DNA of 41,941 nucleotides from a virus: UHGV virus genome UHGV-2134446; one strand, 5' to 3'. Shown piece by piece: positions 16,453 to 23,808 of this stretch (position 1 is its first letter; each line of letters starts with the position of its first letter). The notes under the pieces were generated by a model. It saw only the letters and a program-made list of their open reading frames with translations, ran no database searches and was not told where the DNA came from. The position numbers and the translations under genes were made by a program.

Positions 16453-16557
16453 TAACATAAAATTGTCAATCCGTCTTATACAAACATTAGTTCCTCTTGT
16501 TTTCCGTTTAATTTAATAAGTATAATGTAAGTAAATTTTTAAAAAGGAGTTTTTAAA

Positions 16558-16971
16558 ATGTACGGCAATATGATTTTAGCTCAAAATGTAAACGCTGATC
16601 AAAATGGAAATGGTTTTTTCATTAATAATCCTACAAATAGCTTTTCTGTATTAAGTACTCCTACACTTCACAATTTAGCGTTGCTATTTAATATTTCTGG
16701 GATCGACCCTAAGCAAAGCCACAATTTGAAGTTAGTTCTAAGGAGTGAATCAATAGAAAGAATAGTTTTAAATGAAAATATTCCGGTACAAATTAATAAT
16801 TTTAATTCTCAAGACGATGATCCCAATACAGTTTTTTCCATGAATGCAAACATTGTATTAAATTCACTTCAAATTGACCACTTAGGAAGATTTGATCTGA
16901 TTTTGTATGTAGATGATAATGAAATCTGCTCATCACCATTGGTATTCACTCAAGCAAAAGCTTTACAATAG
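16558..16971 (+). CDS. Cassette gene A: unknown protein (137 aa), very AT-rich
   Basis: SD aaaaggag before ATG; own promoter (TATAAT near 16523); no recognisable family. Confidence 0.6.
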   Translation: MYGNMILAQNVNADQNGNGFFINNPTNSFSVLSTPTLHNLALLFNISGIDPKQSHNLKLVLRSESIERIVLNENIPVQINNFNSQDDDPNTVFSMNANIVLNSLQIDHLGRFDLILYVDDNEICSSPLVFTQAKALQ

Positions 16972-16980
16972 GTGGATTCA

Positions 16981-17532
16981 ATGACTGATTGTAAAAAAGA
17001 AGAGAGTACTAAAGTTGTAAGTGATAGCTCTAAAATAATCAATCCTAAAATACTTGTAACGCCACCTGCTAAAATCGAAACTGTTAAAATAAACTTTAAT
17101 AGTAAACCTACAATTGACCATTTTAAATTTGAAACTATCAACCCTTTAGGGCATAGAGTCGTTTTGAAAGAAAGTACTTGGACGGAACATGTAATTAATG
17201 ACCATCCAGATAGATCTTTTTACAATGATGAATTCAATTTTGGACAAATATTAAGCGTTATAACTACTCCCACTATAATAGTTGAAGATAAAGACTTTTC
17301 CGAAGAAAATGTTAGGATTAATTATTTCGGAAGTGCGATGATTAAAAATAATGGGCAATTTAAAATGAAAAGTGTTAAAATAGTAACAGAGGTATATGAA
17401 TCAGAAATTTCCTTTAATATTAAAGACGGTTCAACTTGGAATTACCAAGAAATGGTTACTTGTTTCGTCCAAAGTACAATGAATGAGGATTTAAACGATA
17501 GGGGGGTGCATTATGTACAAAATTCTTTATAA
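16981..17532 (+). CDS. Cassette gene B: about 60-aa unknown N-terminal extension plus C-terminal DUF4258-like domain (putative toxin)
   Basis: ATG 16981 with SD aggtgg overlapping stop of gene A; TWTEHVINDHPDRSFYNDE...SVKIVTEVYES resembles DUF4258 pattern (H..H..R ... vVITvY). Confidence 0.55.
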   Translation: MTDCKKEESTKVVSDSSKIINPKILVTPPAKIETVKINFNSKPTIDHFKFETINPLGHRVVLKESTWTEHVINDHPDRSFYNDEFNFGQILSVITTPTIIVEDKDFSEENVRINYFGSAMIKNNGQFKMKSVKIVTEVYESEISFNIKDGSTWNYQEMVTCFVQSTMNEDLNDRGVHYVQNSL

Positions 17533-17815
17533 AGATTTTATTGCTGATGCATCACTTTCGGTAAATTATAATGTTGACTATGATTATCTTACGTTTTACA
17601 ACAAATCGATTGGGGAAATTGACTATATTCAATCTACAGATCATATTTATCTGATAGTAGACTTAGATAACTCTTCAATTGTTGGAGCCAAGATCATGGG
17701 CTTGATGAATTACTTCTCGTTAGAAGAACTAAATGAATTAGAATATCCCTTTGTGGCTGACTCTATAAAAAAAATATATCATAGGATAGCAAAAACCCCC
17801 TACTCAAACGAGTAA
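17513..17815 (+). CDS. Cassette gene C: DUF2283-like small protein (putative antitoxin partner)
   Basis: LTFYNKSIGEIDYIQSTDHIYLIVDLDNSSIVGAKIMGL fits the DUF2283 D-x-D-x-x-G-x-IVG-x-EIL pattern; SD aggggggtg; overlaps gene B by 20 nt. Confidence 0.55.
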   Translation: MYKILYKDFIADASLSVNYNVDYDYLTFYNKSIGEIDYIQSTDHIYLIVDLDNSSIVGAKIMGLMNYFSLEELNELEYPFVADSIKKIYHRIAKTPYSNE

Positions 17816-17824
17816 GGGGTTTTT
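17791..17824. terminator. Bidirectional intrinsic terminator shared by cassette (plus) and endolysin (minus)
   Basis: aaaaa-cccctactc-aaac-gagtaagggg-ttttt, 9 of 10 bp stem. Confidence 0.8.
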
Positions 17825-17826
17825 GT

Positions 17827-18612
17827 TTACCATGAAAGTTTATTATTGTTCAACGCTTGCTGCAATGCCTTGACTGCATTGGATACCGGACTGATGATGC
17901 CGTCTTGTGTCGTACCCAATCGTTTCTGCAAAGCCTTAATAGTCGCTTGACCCATTAGACCATCTTGGGTTATTCCTAAGAATTTTTGCAACGCCACAAC
18001 CACATTCGATCCGATCAAAGAATTATCGAATTCCGCAGCATGAATATTTTGATTGAATTTTTGCTTGTATTGGTGGCTTATAATGCCATCTTTGCCAGCA
18101 GTATCAAAGTACTCTTGTAGACGACGAGCAGTAGCGTTACCGAATTGCCCGTCGATCGCTAATTGAATCATTTGTGGCTTATTATCGGTTGGTTTCACAG
18201 TGCCAGTAGTGACGATTCGATAAAAATGATGTGTTAGACGAGTACTCATGTATGAATCGTGGCTATCCGTATGAATTCCGTTCCAATAATATGAACAGTG
18301 AATGAAACTCTTGTTGCTTAGGAAAATACCTGTATGCCCCCCTGATCCATTAGACTGACCAGGAGTACCAGCAACAAAGATGTCTCCACGTTTCACTTCT
18401 GATCGGCTGATTTTTTTCAGTTTAGTACCTGACATTGCAAACAATGTTTCAGTGTTCCCCATTGATCCAACACGCAAGAATCCCCCCGCAATCATGGCCA
18501 AGAACACAGCAGACGAACAGTCGTAACTTTTAGGACCTAACCGCCGCTCCATAGAATAAGTCACTTTACCTTCACGGTCAGTCATCCATTTAATCATATT
18601 TTCGATACTCAT
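17827..18612 (-). CDS. Endolysin: N-terminal Cys/His peptidase-type (CHAP/Amidase_5-like) catalytic domain plus two C-terminal PG_binding_1-like repeats
   Basis: YDCSSAVFLAM...GGHTGIF catalytic motifs; C-terminal LQKFLGITQDGLMGQATIKALQKRLGTTQDGIISPVSNAVKALQ repeats. Confidence 0.8.
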   Translation of the reverse strand: MSIENMIKWMTDREGKVTYSMERRLGPKSYDCSSAVFLAMIAGGFLRVGSMGNTETLFAMSGTKLKKISRSEVKRGDIFVAGTPGQSNGSGGHTGIFLSNKSFIHCSYYWNGIHTDSHDSYMSTRLTHHFYRIVTTGTVKPTDNKPQMIQLAIDGQFGNATARRLQEYFDTAGKDGIISHQYKQKFNQNIHAAEFDNSLIGSNVVVALQKFLGITQDGLMGQATIKALQKRLGTTQDGIISPVSNAVKALQQALNNNKLSW

Positions 18613-18642
18613 AATTATTTCCTCCTTTTGACAATATTTTTT

Positions 18643-18699
18643 TGCTATAATCTCCTTATCAGCAAATGGTCTGCTGAAATAACTGATAAGGAGGTTTTA
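18643..18699 (+). promoter_or_regulatory. Extended -10 promoter TGcTATAAT plus perfect 11-bp inverted repeat CTCCTTATCAG / CTGATAAGGAG that sequesters the SD of the downstream plus-strand gene
   Basis: TG 18643-18644, TATAAT 18646-18651; IR arms 18652-18662 and 18683-18693; SD AAGGAGG sits in the right arm. Confidence 0.55.
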
Positions 18700-18701
18700 A
18701 A

Positions 18702-18950
18702 GTGAGATACACAGCTGCAATAACAAAAGAACAAGGCGTTACCTTCACTGTAGTTCTAATGAAAGGCGGCGTCATAAATTCAAGCAGACGAGAATTAGTA
18801 AGATCGAGCCTGCCTGCTAATTTTCCAAGACCCATCATTTTAGCCGAACAAAAACCTAATGGCCGTATGCAGTATCACGGAAGATCGGATATTGTAAGTT
18901 TCCTTTCTAAGATTCCTTTCCAGTCTCTTCCTTGGAAGGAGTATAGTTAA
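18702..18950 (+). CDS. Antisense small protein (82 aa, GTG start) inserted between holin and endolysin
   Basis: GTG 8 nt after AAGGAGG; fills the 294-bp holin-lysin gap; 3' end overlaps holin 3' end convergently. Confidence 0.5.
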   Translation: MRYTAAITKEQGVTFTVVLMKGGVINSSRRELVRSSLPANFPRPIILAEQKPNGRMQYHGRSDIVSFLSKIPFQSLPWKEYS

Positions 18951-19299
18951 TTGATTCAGGCTTAGGATTTTCGATATCACCTTTCGGGATGTCATCTGGC
19001 CATTCACCACTAGCATAAGACTCGCTGTTCAAATGATTCTCGTTAGTTGTTTGAGCAGCGTTTTTTTCTGTAAACTCCTGCCCATCACCATAGTCTGGTT
19101 TCTGGTCATCTTGATACTGGCTGCTAGCGATATTCAAGAACACACCAGCTAAAGTTGCAGTAGCCGTGATCGTTCCAACAATGATTTCTGTTGAGAAGCC
19201 ATATAAACCACCTAGAGTTACGATGAACGCCGTGATACCTGGCACCCCAACGGTTAAAACTTTTTTTGCTAAATCGTACTGTTTATTTGTTAACTTCAT
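18907..19299 (-). CDS. Holin (two TM segments, charged C-terminal tail)
   Basis: VLTVGVPGITAFIVTLGGLYGF and IIVGTITATATLAGVFLNIASS; immediately upstream of endolysin. Confidence 0.75.
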   Translation of the reverse strand: MKLTNKQYDLAKKVLTVGVPGITAFIVTLGGLYGFSTEIIVGTITATATLAGVFLNIASSQYQDDQKPDYGDGQEFTEKNAAQTTNENHLNSESYASGEWPDDIPKGDIENPKPESINYTPSKEETGKES

Positions 19300-19310
19300 G
19301 ATATTTCCTC

Positions 19311-19775
19311 CTAATGTTCATCAATTTCTTTTTGTTGTAAAATCCCTTCATCACGTACACTTAAATTAGATACCTTGGCACGCAATGTGTCGCCTGTTCC
19401 ATTTCCACCGAGATTCTTATATGCTTCAAACAGATAATCAAAGTTGTTCAGCTCCCCAACGGTGACGTACCCACGCTTGATGTACTCATCTGCTTTATTC
19501 CATATTTGATTGTGAAGTGATGCCTTCTCGGCTTTAACGATTTTCTGGCTTCTGACTTCAGCCATCGCCTGATAATCCTCTACATTTTTTAGGCGTTTGT
19601 CTTGTTCCGTATTTGCCGTTTCTAAGGCGGTGATTGTTTGTTCCCTAAGATCGTTCTCAGCCCTTTTGGCTTTAACTAACTTAGTGACCCATGTTCCCAC
19701 CCTCCACAGAGTAGCCAATAAACCACTTCCAAAAGCGGCTGCCCAAAAACTATTGATTTCCAAAAACTCTTTCAT
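19311..19775 (-). CDS. Membrane-anchored coiled-coil protein of lysis cassette (start moved to ATG 19775, SD GGGGG)
   Basis: N-terminal TM FWAAAFGSGLLATLWRVGTWV then heptad-rich region; ORF-track TTG start lies inside a terminator hairpin. Confidence 0.5.
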   Translation of the reverse strand: MKEFLEINSFWAAAFGSGLLATLWRVGTWVTKLVKAKRAENDLREQTITALETANTEQDKRLKNVEDYQAMAEVRSQKIVKAEKASLHNQIWNKADEYIKRGYVTVGELNNFDYLFEAYKNLGGNGTGDTLRAKVSNLSVRDEGILQQKEIDEH

Positions 19776-19822
19776 TTTAATTTCCCCCAACTGAACATAT
19801 GCCACCTGCTTTCTACTAAAAT

Positions 19823-19855
19823 AAAAGAGCAACCTATTCTGGCTGCTCTTTCGTC
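19823..19855. terminator. Hairpin with A-run/T-run flanks between tail and lysis modules (possible attenuating terminator)
   Basis: aaaagagcaacc-tattct-ggctgctcttt. Confidence 0.35.
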
Positions 19856-20037
19856 AACATATTAACAATCTTATTTTCTGCAACTACTAAAACTTCACTT
19901 AAATCAAGTGTATCTGCTGAAATAATTAATTGTCCCGTAATTGATTCGTTATTCTTATTTTGACTATCAACTGAAACATAATACTTAGTAATCTTCCCGT
20001 CTTGATCATACTCGGGTGTAATGCTTGTCCATCGCAT
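19834..20037 (-). CDS. Hypothetical small protein (67 aa)
   Basis: ORF following tail fibre gene. Confidence 0.45.
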   Translation of the reverse strand: MRWTSITPEYDQDGKITKYYVSVDSQNKNNESITGQLIISADTLDLSEVLVVAENKIVNMLTKEQPE

Positions 20038-20053
20038 GAATATTCCTCCGTTT

Positions 20054-22471
20054 CTATGGTATGTCGTATGTTAAAGCAGATATATCAACGTATTGAGAAT
20101 TTCCAACAACCTTGATTTGGATAGAATTCCCGATACTTGGCTGCGCTGTCCCCAACATACCTACACGAACTGTTTGCAATTCTGTTGCGTCTCCTGCAGC
20201 TAGCTTAAATGTGTTTCCGGTCGGCCTGATAGAAGCTGGAACGGTGCCTATCCCAAAAGGATAGGTTGTCCCTGTCATAGCACCACTTGTTCGCTCAACC
20301 TGCCCTCTGAAGGTAATTGTTCTCTTTCCCTTCATGTTATATGAGATCTGATACTGGCAGGGATTATTTTCAGAAGTCCTGAAACCAGCTGCATATGACA
20401 AATTAATCCAAGGTGTATCAGTTAGTTGCCTAGCATGTATCATTCCAGAAAAACCATTTTCTCTGTCATTTAGAGTCAAGGTATCAAAAGAAAGTGACGC
20501 AGATGCGATCAACTCATTTTGATCTCCTGCAGCTGACCCGCTATACCTAGCCATCGACACGAACTGGTGACTAAATATAGTCTCGTATGATTGGGTTATT
20601 GCCCCTTGAGAGTTCTTAATTACTCCTGAATTGTAAAGCTCAGCAGAACCAATTCTCTGAGTACCTTGTGCAAAGGTCCCATCATTATAGGATCTCGTGT
20701 AAGGGTTGATAAACTCTGAACCGTTTATTGTAACACCATTGATAGTACCTGCTGTAATAGTTCCTAGGTTTGCAGTGATGGCAGATAAGGTCGTAGCAAC
20801 TATATTATCTGCTGTAAAAATATATAGATTAAACTTGCTGCCATTCCATTGATAAGTCGCACCGATAATGTACCCACTAGCTCCGGTATTTTGCCAAAGC
20901 ATACCAACATAAGGATTAGTTGGTACTGTTGATTGACTGATGATGCCAGTCGGGTCACCTTTTTCACCTTGTTTTGCAACAGTGTATGAAGTGTTTGTTG
21001 TATTATCTGTGAAAGTTAACACTGTCCTTGTCCATAAAAAGTTTCCAGCAGCAACCGTAGGAATTGATGTGGCCCACCCACTACTAGGCGCTGTTGTCCC
21101 ACTATTAGAACTAGCAAAATTGATGGTTGTACTTTTAATCCCATTACCTGTTGCTCCTGTCGATCCAGTAGAACCTGTTTCCCCTTTTGCTCCCATCTTC
21201 CCTACAGAATATGCAGTTGAATTTGTATTGTCAGAGTAAGTAAGAACAATTTTTGTCCAAAGGTACTGATTCTCGGAAACACTAGGTATTGAAGTACTCC
21301 ATGTTCCTGTGGGCGGTGTTGTGCCAGATGTACCAGCCTGATAGGTAGTAGCGCTGGACACGATTCCTTTACCATCAGTTCCGTTTGTTCCGGCTGGACC
21401 TGTGGCTCCTTGCTTGTTCTTCACGACAATCATTATCTTTTGAATCGACACAGATTTGTATACCGCTTGATATGTTGACGTTCCAACATCAGCTGACAAA
21501 GCAGTAACTGTATAACGACCTGCTGAATTGATTGTGCTAGTAATCCCAGTTTCAGAAACCTTCGAATACGTCACGCCAGATGAAACTTTAGTTTGACCCT
21601 CGTAGATAATAAAATCTCCAAGAGCTTTCGTGAAGTCAGTTACTGTGCCAGATGCATTAGCAGGTACTATAATGGAATCATTTGAAAGATACCCACTGAT
21701 TACTTCTTTTGCATCTTGTCCGTTCGCACCGTCTTCTCCATCCTTACCATCTTGACCTGACTCACCTAAAATTCTTTGCCAAGTATATTTGCTGGGATCT
21801 TCGCTTCCTGTTGGTTCATAATCAGTGTAAGTCCCTGCATACGTAGGATAGGCGTTGGTAAAGTCTTCGCTTGGCGCTGGTGTGTAAATTCCGGATGGTG
21901 CTGCTGAAAATTTTATATTGTATAGTATGACTTCATCACCTACGGTAGAGATAGAACCCTTGGTACTCACCGGGTCGAAAGATATATAATGCTCCGTTGA
22001 CGCGCCGGGAGTCATATCTATTGTAGCTGTACCCTTACCCTCAAAATATTGACTAGTTCCTCCGGGTACTAAATAAAAGTTAATTAGGCGAACACGTAGA
22101 AAGTTACCTGATTTTATATCATAATCAAATGTAAGTTGGCGTGGTGTATTCCCTAAAACGGCGCCAGATACTGCTGCTATAGGTCTGTAATATGGGTCTG
22201 GGACTTCTGTGGTAACCATTTTAAGGCCACCATCATCTGTAAGGCTCAAACTTATACGTCTGTTAGAACGGCCATCTTCTGATGTACTATCCTTGTGTAC
22301 TGGTACTTGAATACCTTGCAATGTTTTGTGAATAAACTCATTTTCGTTCGGATAAGTTGTCGTAAACCTATCCTTACCATCAGCGCTCCAAGCATAAGCC
22401 GGGTGCGTGTATGACGGTTTACCATCGTCAACATTCGTTATAGTGATTTCGCCACGTGAAACTGTAGCCAT
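20054..22471 (-). CDS. Tail fibre / receptor-binding protein with collagen-like G-X-Y repeats (805 aa)
   Basis: GQDGKDGEDGANGQD, GATGPAGTNGTDGKG, GAKGETGSTGSTGATGNG collagen triplets; repeated ...FLWT(R/K)(T/I)VLT(F/Y)(T/S)DNT... segments. Confidence 0.8.
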   Translation of the reverse strand: MATVSRGEITITNVDDGKPSYTHPAYAWSADGKDRFTTTYPNENEFIHKTLQGIQVPVHKDSTSEDGRSNRRISLSLTDDGGLKMVTTEVPDPYYRPIAAVSGAVLGNTPRQLTFDYDIKSGNFLRVRLINFYLVPGGTSQYFEGKGTATIDMTPGASTEHYISFDPVSTKGSISTVGDEVILYNIKFSAAPSGIYTPAPSEDFTNAYPTYAGTYTDYEPTGSEDPSKYTWQRILGESGQDGKDGEDGANGQDAKEVISGYLSNDSIIVPANASGTVTDFTKALGDFIIYEGQTKVSSGVTYSKVSETGITSTINSAGRYTVTALSADVGTSTYQAVYKSVSIQKIMIVVKNKQGATGPAGTNGTDGKGIVSSATTYQAGTSGTTPPTGTWSTSIPSVSENQYLWTKIVLTYSDNTNSTAYSVGKMGAKGETGSTGSTGATGNGIKSTTINFASSNSGTTAPSSGWATSIPTVAAGNFLWTRTVLTFTDNTTNTSYTVAKQGEKGDPTGIISQSTVPTNPYVGMLWQNTGASGYIIGATYQWNGSKFNLYIFTADNIVATTLSAITANLGTITAGTINGVTINGSEFINPYTRSYNDGTFAQGTQRIGSAELYNSGVIKNSQGAITQSYETIFSHQFVSMARYSGSAAGDQNELIASASLSFDTLTLNDRENGFSGMIHARQLTDTPWINLSYAAGFRTSENNPCQYQISYNMKGKRTITFRGQVERTSGAMTGTTYPFGIGTVPASIRPTGNTFKLAAGDATELQTVRVGMLGTAQPSIGNSIQIKVVGNSQYVDISALTYDIP

Positions 22472-22624
22472 CTAATCACCCTCTTCTTTAATTTCCTCAA
22501 AGGATTCGATATACGTATCCATGCCATACTTAGTCCACAAATATTCAATTGGATTTCCATCTGTGCTAAATTCAATCTTTGTCCGTTCAGTATTCAAAAT
22601 GATATAAGCAGTGTAGTTCGTCAT
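22472..22624 (-). CDS. Small protein (50 aa), start overlapping upstream stop (ATGA); not in ORF track
   Basis: MTNYTAYIILNTERTKIEFSTDGNPIEYLWTKYGMDTYIESFEEIKEEGD; exactly fills gap between two tail genes. Confidence 0.4.
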   Translation of the reverse strand: MTNYTAYIILNTERTKIEFSTDGNPIEYLWTKYGMDTYIESFEEIKEEGD

Positions 22625-23808
22625 TTGTTTTCTACCTCCACTTTAAATGTTGTTGTATTATCTACATCAGCACTTCCAACTGACAACGATTTTCCAGTTT
22701 TATATGGATTACTAGTGCCGCCGAAGTTTGGTACCAGTGCGTTATTTTGCCATTTAGACCATTTATAGGTATAACCTGTACCGCCCGAATCGATTTCATC
22801 CCCATTTTGATACAATCGTGCTGTCAAAGTGGTAGAACCTACACCATTCTTTAGGATATTCCCACCGGTGGACTCGATAATCACCATGATCGGGTCATCC
22901 ATATCCATCAAAGTTGCATACTGCTTCATCTTAGTTCCAGAAGTTCCACCAGCGTTATCTGTGACAACACACAAGAATGTTTGCCCATTTGTTACCGCAT
23001 CTGGATAGACCGTCAGTACCCCTTGAGTCGTGACTGCAACATCAAATCCCGAACTTGCTACTGCACCCGATGTTCCGGTTGTCGCTGTAATTTTTCGCCA
23101 ACCAACTCCAGCATCAGAATCTTGAGATGTTGTAACGCTTGAATCTGCTGCGAACCATTTATATTTTCGAGATCCACTGCTTAAATCACCATCTTTATAA
23201 ACATCAGCCGTAAGTTTCAAACTTGCTGGAGTGCTGTTACGGAAGTAATCACCGTTGGGCGCACTCAAAACCGCTACCACTGCAGCTTTAGCTAACTGGA
23301 TAAGATTGATATCGATCGTCGCTTGGAAAGTAATTGGCAGCGAAGTATCTGGGTCTGTGTATGTTCCTTCGACTGTCCAACGTACGGCATTATTTGTTGT
23401 TGGAACGTTTACTTTTGTTGTTAACACACTGTTTGATGTGCCGCTCTTATACTCACTATCAGTATTTGTTGTAGAAGTTATTTCGGTAGTTGTTGCTCCT
23501 ACTGTCTTTTTCCATTTAACGTCTGATACAGCAGAACCAATCAAACTTCCTGTACTCCCTGCTTTTGTTAAGTTAAGCGTTAAAACTTGTGCAGATGATC
23601 CGAAATTGGGTGAATATGTGTTAGTCGTATTATTGTATGTCTGGGTTGTTGTTTGACTTGCTGAGATCCACGCATTTAGTGCAGGCGCATCATATAAATC
23701 AATAATTGTAATTTGACCACTTGAAATTGTTGCCATTATTTCATCTCCTTTATATTTCGACGATATCACAGCTAAAGGTTGCACGCTTATTGACATCGTC
23801 TGTTCCAA
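22621..23808 (-). CDS. Tail fibre/baseplate protein with Ser/Thr-rich Ig-like repeats (395 aa)
   Basis: T/S-rich beta-type repeats; position in tail tip gene block. Confidence 0.65.
   Translation of the reverse strand: MEQTMSISVQPLAVISSKYKGDEIMATISSGQITIIDLYDAPALNAWISASQTTTQTYNNTTNTYSPNFGSSAQVLTLNLTKAGSTGSLIGSAVSDVKWKKTVGATTTEITSTTNTDSEYKSGTSNSVLTTKVNVPTTNNAVRWTVEGTYTDPDTSLPITFQATIDINLIQLAKAAVVAVLSAPNGDYFRNSTPASLKLTADVYKDGDLSSGSRKYKWFAADSSVTTSQDSDAGVGWRKITATTGTSGAVASSGFDVAVTTQGVLTVYPDAVTNGQTFLCVVTDNAGGTSGTKMKQYATLMDMDDPIMVIIESTGGNILKNGVGSTTLTARLYQNGDEIDSGGTGYTYKWSKWQNNALVPNFGGTSNPYKTGKSLSVGSADVDNTTTFKVEVENK

Noticed and set aside
15640-16460. Repeat-rich region considered as CRISPR array or type III (ToxI-like) antitoxin repeats
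   Set aside because: Repeat units are 115-270 bp, not 28-37 bp, have no regular short spacers and no cas genes; ToxI-type arrays are about 36-nt repeats directly upstream of a toxN gene, which is not seen.
18628-18651. Perfect TTGACA and TATAAT hexamers as a sigma-70 -35/-10 pair
   Set aside because: Spacer is only 12 bp; the promoter is more plausibly an extended -10 (TGcTATAAT) with the TTGACA being coincidental.
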